A stretch of 51,530 bases of DNA from Klebsiella pneumoniae (GCA_945867435.1 CAMBIK010000001.1:1-51530); one strand, 5' to 3'. Positions 37,947 to 46,092 are shown, numbered from the stretch's first letter. Numbers and translations are program-made. The notes: generated from the letters alone by a model not told the origin.

Positions 37947-38239
37947 TGTGGGGACCGGACCCCCTCGAAACCCACCTCGGTGGGGGCGTACTTCTCAGCT
38001 GTGAAGGCGGACAAACACCCCGCGTCCCCACAATCCCCACATTTTCGCGCGACACCCACCTTTAGAGAGAATTGCTTTTCTTCTCGCATCGCACGCGGCG
38101 CAGAACGATCGATTCGCGCGCACGTAAGGGCATGTGTTGCACGGGTGTGGGGACTGTGGGGACCTCCCCTATTTCGGTTCTATGAACCTATCTATTTTCG
38201 TCCCCACTTCTGTGGGGACCGGTGGGGATTGTCCCCACA
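37947..38239. promoter_or_regulatory. Iteron array with AT-rich patches: candidate replication origin
   Basis: TGTGGGGAC occurs at 37947, 38146, 38155 and 38211. GGTGGGGA occurs at 38221. Inverted GTCCCCAC(A) occurs at 38024, 38200 and 38231, and ATCCCCACA at 38033. AT-rich 'CCTATTTCGGTTCTATGAACCTATCTATTTTCG' spans 38168..38200. Confidence 0.55.
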
Positions 38240-38307
38240 AGGCTCCGGCGGGCGCGTCGTCGCCCAGCGGTCCCCAACGTTGCTTCCCTGATCCCTCCGG
38301 AGCCTCC

Positions 38308-38796
38308 ATGCAGAACATCCTCGCCTTCTTCCGCCTTTCTCGCCCCGCCGTCTCGACGAGCCCCATCCCGGCTTGCCCCCGTCCGACTGCCGCCGACCTC
38401 GGCCTTCATGTCATCGCCGCCAACGGCCCGTTCGGCGTTGAGCCGGATGTGCCCCTGGTGACGGCCACCGAGCTGTGGGAGGCGTTCGGCACCAACGAGG
38501 CGGACGCCGAGCGCCGGTTCGCACATCGGCCGATCTACGTCGCTGGGGCCGTGGACCGCGTGACGCGCGAAGGGGCCGGGTACGCCGTCCGGCTTTCGGT
38601 CAGCGGCATGGCGTTCGACACCGTGCGCTGCCACACCAGCGACCATCGGCGCTTCAACCTCACCGATCTGCGCCGTGGTCAGCTCGTCGTCGTCGTCGGC
38701 CGGCGCGCGTTCCGGCACGGCGGGCGTGTCGTCGTGGACGACGCCCTCGTCGTCCACGAGGATCTCACCTCCCTGCTCCCCTGGGGCCGCCGGTGA
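38308..38796 (+). CDS. Hypothetical protein, possible OB-fold (tRNA_anti-like)
   Basis: Start 'MQNILAFF' preceded by GGAG. 'RPIYVAGAVDRVTREGAGYAVRLSVSG...VRCHTSD...LRRGQLVVVVGRRAF..GRVVVDDALV' resembles the tRNA_anti-like OB pattern. Confidence 0.45.
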   Translation: MQNILAFFRLSRPAVSTSPIPACPRPTAADLGLHVIAANGPFGVEPDVPLVTATELWEAFGTNEADAERRFAHRPIYVAGAVDRVTREGAGYAVRLSVSGMAFDTVRCHTSDHRRFNLTDLRRGQLVVVVGRRAFRHGGRVVVDDALVVHEDLTSLLPWGRR

Positions 38797-39341
38797 GCGC
38801 GGCGTGGACGGCGAAGGCCGTGAAGAACCTGATGCCGCTGTCGGTCGCGACCGACCTCGCCGCGGCCCTTCGCGAGTGGGCCTACTCGGGCAAGAGCACG
38901 GACTACGGCCAGCCCGAGGAGACGTGCCAGCTCTGCGACCACGAGGACCTCCGCTACCACTTCGAGATCGCGAACAAGCAGACCGGGCACCGGCTCTGGG
39001 TCGGATCGAAGTGCATCCTGCGCTTCGAGATCGCCGGCTACGAACAGGTGAAGGTGGACCTCGCGAAGCTGATCCGCGATGCCGAAGAGCGGCGGGTGCG
39101 GGAGCTGCTGGTCACCGTGGCCGAGCGCACCGACGGCCGGGTGGACCTCGTGGCGCTCTGGGAGGACCGGGGCGGCCTGCCGCCGCGCGAGGCCCTCCGG
39201 CTCGCGAAGGCGTGCTGGCGGCTGAAGCTCACCCCCACCTCGTTCCCGAAGGTGCGCCTCCAGCGCGCGAAGGACCGTGCCGAGCTGCGCCGGATGACGG
39301 CGTGGGAGCGTGAGCGCATCGAGCCGTGGATCGCGGCGTGA
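38793..39341 (+). CDS. Hypothetical protein with 'CQLCDHEDLRYHFEI...VGSKCILRF' motif
   Basis: GTGA overlap with the upstream stop. Protein-like composition. Cys-x2-Cys plus a downstream Cys suggests a metal site. Confidence 0.5.
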   Translation: MSAAWTAKAVKNLMPLSVATDLAAALREWAYSGKSTDYGQPEETCQLCDHEDLRYHFEIANKQTGHRLWVGSKCILRFEIAGYEQVKVDLAKLIRDAEERRVRELLVTVAERTDGRVDLVALWEDRGGLPPREALRLAKACWRLKLTPTSFPKVRLQRAKDRAELRRMTAWERERIEPWIAA

Positions 39342-39546
39342 CCCGTGATGGCCCGGATTCCGGCTCGCGGTTTCAATCTCGGCATGGCGGAATCTGGAAT
39401 ATTCCATGGAATCACGCCTATGATTCCGTCATCGGCATCACCGATCCCGGAGCGATGGCATCGCTTGTCATCACCCCATCGGCGCCCGGCGCTCGTTGAG
39501 CGTTGAGCCCCCGCCTTTGGATGGCCGGTCGCCCAGGGCCAGGGGT

Positions 39547-40035
39547 TCAGCCCGCCTCAACCCCGAGCTCGCCGAAGCTCCCCAGCGGCACCGCCTTCCG
39601 CATCCCCGGCTTCAGCCTCACCGCGTACTCGGCGACGTGCCCGCCGCTGCTCCCGACGCGCACCCTCGGCCCGGCGGCGTCCCCGGTGGCGATCTCGGCC
39701 GCGAGCTGCGGCGTCACCACGTCCATCGCGGCGATCGGAACGACGAGCACGAGGGCAGAGTGCAGGTTGTAGAATCCGAACTCGCCAAAAAGCTTGATCG
39801 GGATGGTGAGCCCTTCACCGTCGGGGATGGCGAGCGGGTACACGTCCACGAAGCCGCCCAGGATCGGGCGCTGGAACTTCGGCCCGATCATCAGCGACGA
39901 GAGCACGTCGGCGAGGTCCACGCCGAGCAGCGCCTTCAGGCCGTCGAACGCGAAGGGCCCGAGCCGCACCGCGGTGGACGGCACGGTCAGGTTGACCCGC
40001 ATGGCGGCGGGATCGGCGCGCAGGGCGGCGTTCAC
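39547..40035 (-). CDS. Hypothetical protein (162 aa)
   Basis: GTG start overlapping the upstream stop (GTGA). Balanced composition, whereas the overlapping plus-strand ORF 39496..40356 is Arg/Pro/Ser-rich. Confidence 0.5.
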   Translation of the reverse strand: MNAALRADPAAMRVNLTVPSTAVRLGPFAFDGLKALLGVDLADVLSSLMIGPKFQRPILGGFVDVYPLAIPDGEGLTIPIKLFGEFGFYNLHSALVLVVPIAAMDVVTPQLAAEIATGDAAGPRVRVGSSGGHVAEYAVRLKPGMRKAVPLGSFGELGVEAG

Positions 40036-40571
40036 GGGACCACCACGGTGCGGGCAGGGAGCACCTCGGGAACGAGCGCGTCACCCTCGCCGGTGCCGTG
40101 GTCCTCCTCCTCGACGATCTCATCGGCGTCCACGGCGTCAGCCAGCTCGCTGTCCTCGTCATCCGCCGGGTCGTCGTCACCCCGCACGGCGTCGCCGCCG
40201 CCCGCCGCGCCGGACTCGAGGAGGTCCAGCATCTCCTCCTGGCCCTTCGCGATGACGACGAGCGCCTTTCGGATGCCGGGGAGGTGTCGCAGGGCACCGA
40301 GGGCCTTCGAGTCGAGCGCCGGGAGCCCGGCCTCGATGCGGCGAAGGCACCCGTAGATGTCGTCGAGCGCCTGGACCTGGCGGTAGGCGAGGTGCGCCTG
40401 GTGGAACGCCTGCTCGTCGGGGGAGAGGGCGCAGAACGCCTCCACCGACTCGACGAAGCTGTCTTCCGACGCGGTGTCGAAGCTCTTGGCGTAGAAGGTA
40501 CGAAGAACCTGGGCCCACTCGGGCGTGGTCAGGGTGCGGGCACGGGGCAGACGGGTAGCGGTCTCCGGCAT
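40032..40571 (-). CDS. Hypothetical protein with acidic C-terminal tract
   Basis: 'MPETATRL...' followed by 'GDDDPADDEDSELADAVDADEIVEEEDHGTGEGD'. Confidence 0.55.
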   Translation of the reverse strand: MPETATRLPRARTLTTPEWAQVLRTFYAKSFDTASEDSFVESVEAFCALSPDEQAFHQAHLAYRQVQALDDIYGCLRRIEAGLPALDSKALGALRHLPGIRKALVVIAKGQEEMLDLLESGAAGGGDAVRGDDDPADDEDSELADAVDADEIVEEEDHGTGEGDALVPEVLPARTVVVP

Positions 40572-40604
40572 CGGAGCCTCCTTTTTGGGTGAACGTGGGT
40601 GGGA

Positions 40605-41630
40605 TCAGGCCGCGGCGGACTCGTCCTTCGGCGCGGGGTCGTTGGCGGGGGCCTCGCCGGCCTGGGCGGCCATGAGGAGCAGCGCGGCCAGCTCCTTGCG
40701 CGTCTTCTCGTCGCGCAGGATCTTCTTGACCGCGGGGTTCTTCATCGCTTCGAGCAGCTCAGGGGAGGCGTTGACGATCTCGGCCAGCTCGATCATCTCG
40801 GGGGCCATGCCGAACTTCGCCGTCGCGAGCACGCGGCCGAGGCCGCCCAATTCCGCGATGAACTGCTTGCCCAGCTCCTCGCGGACGCGGCCCTCGCCGT
40901 CGTCACCGCGCTGGCTGGACTCGGCCTCGAACACCCCGATCTTGAGGTTCGTCAGTTGGCCGACGACGTTCTCGTTCGACCTCTGCATCCGCGCGAGCTG
41001 CCCGTGGGTGCTGCTGATGTGCGCGCCCTGGAGGTTCGTGATGTGCTGGTAGCTGGACTGCACCAAGCCGACGAAGTTCTGGTACGCCTCGCCCAGCGCG
41101 CGCCAGGTGCGCGGATCGGGGGAGGTGTCCGGGTACGGCCCCGGCAACGGGACCGTCGGCGCGGGGACCGTGACCGGCGGCTCCTCCCACTCGGTGTTCG
41201 TGCAGAGGAAGCGCGAGCTGTAGATGACCTTGTCGCCCTTGCCCTTCCACAAGTTCACCTTGAACTTGCCCTCGCGCTGGCCGACCATGTTCTGGTCGGC
41301 CATGTGCTTGATCCAGCGGATCGCGGCATCCGCGAGGACCGCGTAGGTCACGCCGTTGTCCATCCGGGCGAGGTCGCCGAGCGTCTCGGACTCGTCGCCG
41401 TCGCCGTTCTCGTCATCGTCGTCCCCCTCCTCCGGCTGGTCGTCGTCGTCCTCCACGTCGGGCTCGATGAACGCCGTGAGGTCCACGCCGCTGAAGCAGA
41501 TGCGCCCGAGCTGGGGGTAGCCGCTCCGGTCCAGCACCTCGTGAACGGTGATGTGGGTGATCTCGGTACACCGCTGCCGGATCACGGCGTCGATGGTGTC
41601 CAGCTTCTCGAATTGAAGTTCGTCGATCAT
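40605..41630 (-). CDS. Hypothetical protein (341 aa) with an internal poly-acidic tract
   Basis: First gene of the leftward operon. 'EPDVEDDDDQPEEGDDDDENGDGDESE' is encoded at about 41385..41465. Confidence 0.6.
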   Translation of the reverse strand: MIDELQFEKLDTIDAVIRQRCTEITHITVHEVLDRSGYPQLGRICFSGVDLTAFIEPDVEDDDDQPEEGDDDDENGDGDESETLGDLARMDNGVTYAVLADAAIRWIKHMADQNMVGQREGKFKVNLWKGKGDKVIYSSRFLCTNTEWEEPPVTVPAPTVPLPGPYPDTSPDPRTWRALGEAYQNFVGLVQSSYQHITNLQGAHISSTHGQLARMQRSNENVVGQLTNLKIGVFEAESSQRGDDGEGRVREELGKQFIAELGGLGRVLATAKFGMAPEMIELAEIVNASPELLEAMKNPAVKKILRDEKTRKELAALLLMAAQAGEAPANDPAPKDESAAA

Positions 41631-41654
41631 GGCGGCTCTCGGGCGAAGGGGGTG

Positions 41655-41671
41655 TGCTCAAATGTTGAGCA
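41655..41671. promoter_or_regulatory. Operator-like palindrome in the divergent control region
   Basis: 'TGCTCAA-ATG-TTGAGCA' is a perfect 7-bp inverted repeat 25 nt upstream of the 41630 start, followed by the direct repeat ATGTTGA/ATGTTGA containing 'TTGACC'. Confidence 0.4.
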
Positions 41672-42124
41672 TGTTGACCCTCTGAAGGTATCGCAAGAGG
41701 CTGGAAATGGGGTGAATTTCGGGCTTGGAATGCCTACCGCGCCTACCGCACGCGCTGCGGTTTTAGAACCGCGCTCCCTACCGCCGCCGTCGCCGGCCAA
41801 ACCGCCGGTCGAACCGCGCGCTCGACGGCCAAACCGCCCCCGCTGAGCGCCCGACCGCGACCCCCGAGGCCCCTACCGCTGGCTACCGCCGAGGGTGATT
41901 CTGGCTGCCGCGTACAACCGCGACACGAGACGCCAGAACCGCATCCGAGCAGGGGTCCATGCGGTTTCCGGCGGTCGGAGCGACGCGACTAAATCCGCTT
42001 TCCAGCACCGCTATCGGCTGCATAGTGGTCCTTGTCAGCCGGGCTCCCCGGTGACCCGAATCCCCCCGGCGGCCCCCGCCGGTCCCCCTCCATCCGGCCC
42101 CGCCGGCTCCCCTCCGAGGCAGCA

Positions 42125-42775
42125 ATGAGCACCGCAATCTCCCCACTGAACAAGGCCATGACCGGCGAGAAGATCCCCGACTCGCAGACCAAGGGCGCGC
42201 TCGCGCAGGCAGTCGGCAAGCTGAAGAACTTCGGCGGCCAGATCAGCAAGGCCCGCGCGATGTCCGAGGCCATCGCCGACTCGGTGATCGCCACGGCCGA
42301 GACGCAGGGCACCGTGTTCGCGGCCTCGTTCGCCGAGGGCTACTTCGGCGAGGAGAAGATGGACCTCGGGCCGGTCGATATGCGGCTCGGCGCCGGCCTC
42401 GTTCTCGGGGGCTACGGCCTCTACAAGACGATGTCGAAGAAGGGTGGATCGCACGCCCTCGCGCTCGGCAACGGTCTCATGGCCACCGGCATCGGCCGCA
42501 TCGGTCGGCACGCCGGCAAGGCGCTGGCCGAGAAGAAGGCCGCTGGCCCGCCGGCTCCCGCGCAGACCCCCGACGCCGCTCCGGCTCCCGCCGCCGCGCC
42601 CGCCCAGCTCAAGGGCGACGACATCGGCGAGATCGCCCGCATGGTCCGCATGACCCCCGGCACCGAAGGCGATGCCGCCCTCGAAGGCCGTCGCCACCCG
42701 CACCGCCGTCGCCAGCGCGAGGAGGAGGAGGAGGTCTCTGGCCGCTCCGACCGCTTCGTCCGTGCCCGGCGCTGA
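42125..42775 (+). CDS. Hypothetical protein with glycine-zipper hydrophobic segments
   Basis: Start 'MSTAISPLNK'. 'LGAGLVLGGYGLY' and 'ALALGNGLMATGIGRIG'. Pro/Ala linker and a charged tail. Confidence 0.55.
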   Translation: MSTAISPLNKAMTGEKIPDSQTKGALAQAVGKLKNFGGQISKARAMSEAIADSVIATAETQGTVFAASFAEGYFGEEKMDLGPVDMRLGAGLVLGGYGLYKTMSKKGGSHALALGNGLMATGIGRIGRHAGKALAEKKAAGPPAPAQTPDAAPAPAAAPAQLKGDDIGEIARMVRMTPGTEGDAALEGRRHPHRRRQREEEEEVSGRSDRFVRARR

Positions 42776-42835
42776 TCGACTCCACCGCTTCCACCCTCAC
42801 CCCCGTTTCCCTGCTTCCACCAAAGGATGACTCCA

Positions 42836-43591
42836 ATGACCGCTCCCATCTGGGCCCTCGTGACCTTCACCGCTTCCGGCGAGTGCCTCGTCGATCGCAC
42901 CTCCCTCCGCGCCTCCCGCCGCATCGCCGACCGCTCCGAGCCCTCGTTCGGCGCGGACCCGGATGACGACGACGACGATCTCGATGACCTCGACGGCGAC
43001 GACCTCGGCGACGACCTCGGGGACGAGACCGGCGACGATCTCGGCGACGACCTGGGCGACGACCTCGGGGACGAACTCGGGGACGAGCTGGGCGACGAAC
43101 TCGGCGACGAGGTGGGGCTCACCCCCCGCGAGCGCCGCATCCGTCGGCTCCGCCGGCGCCAGGCCAAGCTGCACACCCGCGAGGAGAAGCTCGAAGCCAA
43201 GAACCGGCATCTGAAGCGGAAGCTCCACCACGCCAGCAAGGGGAAGATCGTGCAGCGCAACGTCACCGTCTCGGGCATCGTCGCCACCACCGTGGGCCAG
43301 TCGATGAGCATGACGCTCACGCCGCGCACGAGCCTCCACCTGTCGAAGATCTTCGCCACGGGCGACTCGGCGGCGACGATCAACACGATCATCTCCGGCG
43401 ACGACCCGGTGGTGCTCGACAACCTCGACGCCGCGCTGATCGCGCCGACCGCGTACCACGGGCCCAGCTTCGGCGGGCGTGTGCTCCGGGCGGGCGTGCC
43501 GGTGACCATCAACTACACGGCGGGCTCGACCACGGCTGCCCTGAAGCTCAGCTTCTACGGCAAGGCGCGCGTCAAGAACCCTCACTGCTGA
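42836..43591 (+). CDS. Hypothetical protein: (D-D/E-L-G)n acidic repeat, basic coiled coil, beta-rich C-domain
   Basis: ATG at 42836 has AAGGA 8 nt upstream. 'DDLDDLDGDDLGDDLGDETGDDLGDDLGDDLGDELGDELGDELGDEVG' is followed by 'RERRIRRLRRRQAKLHTREEKLEAKNRHLKRKL'. Confidence 0.6.
   Translation: MTAPIWALVTFTASGECLVDRTSLRASRRIADRSEPSFGADPDDDDDDLDDLDGDDLGDDLGDETGDDLGDDLGDDLGDELGDELGDELGDEVGLTPRERRIRRLRRRQAKLHTREEKLEAKNRHLKRKLHHASKGKIVQRNVTVSGIVATTVGQSMSMTLTPRTSLHLSKIFATGDSAATINTIISGDDPVVLDNLDAALIAPTAYHGPSFGGRVLRAGVPVTINYTAGSTTAALKLSFYGKARVKNPHC
42962..43117. repeat. 12-nt periodic tandem repeat (GGCGACGACCTC-like)
   Basis: Encodes the D-D/E-L-G tetrapeptide array. Units vary at synonymous and D/E positions. 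Confidence 0.85.
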
Positions 43592-43604
43592 TCGGGGGTG
43601 AGCC

Positions 43605-44243
43605 GTGGGCGCATGCCGACTTTCCCGCCGCTCTGGCACCGCGAAGCTTCCCGCTTCGACGGTCGCCGGGGATCCCGGGGCGGAAGGCGAGGTGCTCACG
43701 GCCCATTCCGAGGGCTCGGGCGACGGCGACTGGCGCATCATCGACCTCTGGTCGGACGAGGCGACTCCCTGGGAGGCGCGCCTGGTCTGGTCCGGCGGCG
43801 GCGGTGCCCAGCGCACGGCCTACCTCGACGTTCCGAAGTGTACGCGGGTCTGCGTCCACGCGACGATGCTCCAGGTGTTCGGGTCGAACCTCTCGACCTC
43901 CGCGAACATCCAGGCTCGCGTCGCGATTGCCGACGGCCAGTGTGACACCGAGAACCAGTGGACCGTGCGCGGGTCGAGCGCCCAAGTCATCGGCGGGGCC
44001 GGCGGCAACGTCGATGTGATCCCCCCACCGTGGGCGAAGTTTATCCGCCTCGAACTCTCCGATTCCACCCTCAACGCCTCCACCTTCGTCGAGCTGCTCG
44101 ACGTGAACGCCACCTCCCGCGCCCGGTACGCCGTGGACAAGCAACCCGCCCCCGGGGTGCCCCTCGGGGACGCCGCGACCGTCCGGTGCGTGCTGCCCGG
44201 CGGCACCTTCGCCTACCGAGTGGTCTTCCTTCTCCACCTTTGA
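43605..44243 (+). CDS. Hypothetical beta-rich protein (212 aa)
   Basis: GTG start with 'GGGGGTGAG' upstream. Alternating hydrophobic pattern, for example 'RTAYLDVPKCTRVCVHATMLQVFGSNL' and 'AKFIRLELSDSTLNASTFVELLDV'. Confidence 0.55.
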   Translation: MGACRLSRRSGTAKLPASTVAGDPGAEGEVLTAHSEGSGDGDWRIIDLWSDEATPWEARLVWSGGGGAQRTAYLDVPKCTRVCVHATMLQVFGSNLSTSANIQARVAIADGQCDTENQWTVRGSSAQVIGGAGGNVDVIPPPWAKFIRLELSDSTLNASTFVELLDVNATSRARYAVDKQPAPGVPLGDAATVRCVLPGGTFAYRVVFLLHL

Positions 44244-44261
44244 TTCCCGAGGACTCCCGCC

Positions 44262-44675
44262 ATGAAGTGCTACTGCAACCGCGTCGGCAACAAGCTGATG
44301 CAGATCCCACAGGCGGCTCCTGCCAACGTCACGGTTGACGGCAAGGCCGTCCGCATCCTGCCCGATCAGAACGACAACCAGACGGACGCCGCGCAGGACT
44401 ACCGCTTCGTGACGGTGATGAACGTGGTCGGCGGAACCCAGCCCACCGCGCAGCTCGTCATCCAGGGATCCGTGGACGGTGCCCTCTGGGTCGATGTGGC
44501 GTCAGGCACCCAGCGGACGGCCGCGGGCCTGTTCACCGAGATCATCGACTCCAACAACAGCCTGCTTCTCCCGTGGGTTCGCGCTCGGCTGGTCCTCGGT
44601 GGCACCGCGAATCCAAACGTCGATCTTGCCGTGGACATCGTGTCCACCGGCCCCTTCCAGCTTTCCAACTCCTGA
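44262..44675 (+). CDS. Hypothetical beta-sandwich-like protein (137 aa)
   Basis: 'YRFVTVMNVVGGTQPTAQLVIQGSVDGALWVDV...LLLPWVRARLVLGG' resembles a discoidin/jelly-roll-style pattern. Confidence 0.6.
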   Translation: MKCYCNRVGNKLMQIPQAAPANVTVDGKAVRILPDQNDNQTDAAQDYRFVTVMNVVGGTQPTAQLVIQGSVDGALWVDVASGTQRTAAGLFTEIIDSNNSLLLPWVRARLVLGGTANPNVDLAVDIVSTGPFQLSNS

Positions 44676-44690
44676 TTCGGAGCCTTCGCC

Positions 44691-45275
44691 GTGATCATCA
44701 AGGTCGCCCTCACCTTCAACGAACGCGATGCCGTCAGCTTGCTGAACTGGCTCGCGCGCTGCAACGCAAGGCTCTTGCGCGAGCGGCCGTCGTTGCCTCT
44801 CCTCTACGCGACCAGCGTGAAGTACGGTCGCGAGGAAGAGGAGCTTTGGAGCGACTACATCCAGCTTCTCGCCCAGGGCTGGGAGGACTGCGATGCGCTC
44901 GCGTCCGCCCGTGCCGGCGAGCTGATCGCCCGTGGCTGGAAGGCCCTCTCTCCGCGCGACCCCGGCTACGCCTCCGCGAAAGCGGCGGGTCTGACCACCA
45001 TTCCCGCCGAGGTCGCGCTCACCACGTCCGTCCGCGAGGGCGAGCACGGGCTCTACCACTGCGTCGTCCGCTACGTCGTGAACGGCACCGCCTGGTACGA
45101 CGACCCCTCCGCGCGCCTCGGGATGCTCCCCGAACGGCTCAACGGCGAGCAGTGCCACGAGCGGATCGTCAACCGGGTCCGCCTGGCGGGCATCCGTCGC
45201 GATCCCGAGCACGTTCGCCGCGTCCAACGCCACTCCACCAACTCGCGCCTTCGTCGGCGTCGGGAGAATTCATGA
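44691..45275 (+). CDS. Hypothetical protein with possible Cys-His-Asp (transglutaminase-like) triad
   Basis: 'GWEDCDALASARAGELIARGW ... GLYHCVVRYVVNGTAWYDDPS' has the spacing and order of a transglutaminase-core cysteine protease. Confidence 0.5.
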   Translation: MIIKVALTFNERDAVSLLNWLARCNARLLRERPSLPLLYATSVKYGREEEELWSDYIQLLAQGWEDCDALASARAGELIARGWKALSPRDPGYASAKAAGLTTIPAEVALTTSVREGEHGLYHCVVRYVVNGTAWYDDPSARLGMLPERLNGEQCHERIVNRVRLAGIRRDPEHVRRVQRHSTNSRLRRRRENS

Positions 45276-46090
45276 CCCCCTCCTCTCGCTTCATCCGCGC
45301 CCGCGTCGTGGACTTCTCCGGCCCCGACTTCGCGGGCGAGGTCGCCGGCCCCAAGAAGGTGTCCGCGAAGGAGCGCCAGATTCGGCGCAAGCTCCGTCGT
45401 GCCCGTGCGCTCAAGCGGCGCATCGCGCACCTCCGCATCCGGCACCCGCTCGGGTGGAAGGGAGCCGTCCGAAAGTCGAAGGAGAACCTCCGCATCGTGA
45501 TGAGCGATCTGCGCGCGTTGGGCTGGAAGCCCAAGAAGCCCAGCCGGCCGCGCAAGCCCGGCGAGGACGAGACGGACGCCGCGCTGGACGACATTCCGGA
45601 CGCCGAGCCGGGCGAGACCGAGGAGCCCGACGAGGGCATCGAGGACGCCCCGGAGCCGGCCGAGGACGAGACCGAAGGCAACTGGCTCGACGGCTACGTC
45701 GGGGCCGAGCCCGCGAAGAAGCGCCCCGTGCGCGACTTCTGGGAGAAGGCCGGGAAGTTCGTGGCCGCGAAGTGGGCGAAGGCGATCCCGCTCGGCTCCC
45801 GCGCGCAGATCCAGACCCGTCCCGGCCACCGGGCGATGATCGCGACCGTCGCGCCCGGCCTGTTCATCGTGCAGCTCGTGTCCGACGAGGCGGCGAAGAA
45901 GATCGCCGGGGACAACGTGGGCATCCTTCCGCTGCTCCTGTACCCGCTGGTGAAGAACCAGATCCAGAAGGCCCTGGCGCCGAAGCCCGCCGCCCCGGCG
46001 CAGCCTGCCCCGGTCGCCCAGCCCGCGCCCGCCCAACCCGCGCCCGCCCCGGTCGCAGCCGCTGGCTGTGACTGTCGGCCTCGGAGCTGA
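45272..46090 (+). CDS. Hypothetical protein (basic N-terminus, acidic linker, Pro/Ala-rich tail)
   Basis: ATGA overlap with the upstream stop. Only the last 272 codons of ORF 44573..46090 are used. Confidence 0.55.
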   Translation: MTPSSRFIRARVVDFSGPDFAGEVAGPKKVSAKERQIRRKLRRARALKRRIAHLRIRHPLGWKGAVRKSKENLRIVMSDLRALGWKPKKPSRPRKPGEDETDAALDDIPDAEPGETEEPDEGIEDAPEPAEDETEGNWLDGYVGAEPAKKRPVRDFWEKAGKFVAAKWAKAIPLGSRAQIQTRPGHRAMIATVAPGLFIVQLVSDEAAKKIAGDNVGILPLLLYPLVKNQIQKALAPKPAAPAQPAPVAQPAPAQPAPAPVAAAGCDCRPRS

Positions 46091-46092
46091 AC

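Noticed and set aside
35555-38089. 844-aa minus-strand ORF opposite the prim-pol and DUF927 genes
   Set aside because: Arg/Gly/Ala/Pro-rich with no motifs. The plus strand carries Walker A and B in a DUF927 context.
42421-43816. Minus-strand ORFs with 'SSPSSSPRSSP' and 'VAEVVAQVV' repeats
   Set aside because: They are antisense or out-of-frame readings of the 12-nt D-D/E-L-G repeat. The plus-strand frame has a plausible RBS and downstream folded-domain sequence.
46040-46090. C-terminal 'AAGCDCRPRS' of gene 45272..46090 as a MYXO-CTERM signal
   Set aside because: Only the Cys-x-Cys part is present. There is no Gly-rich/hydrophobic segment or Arg cluster before the stop.
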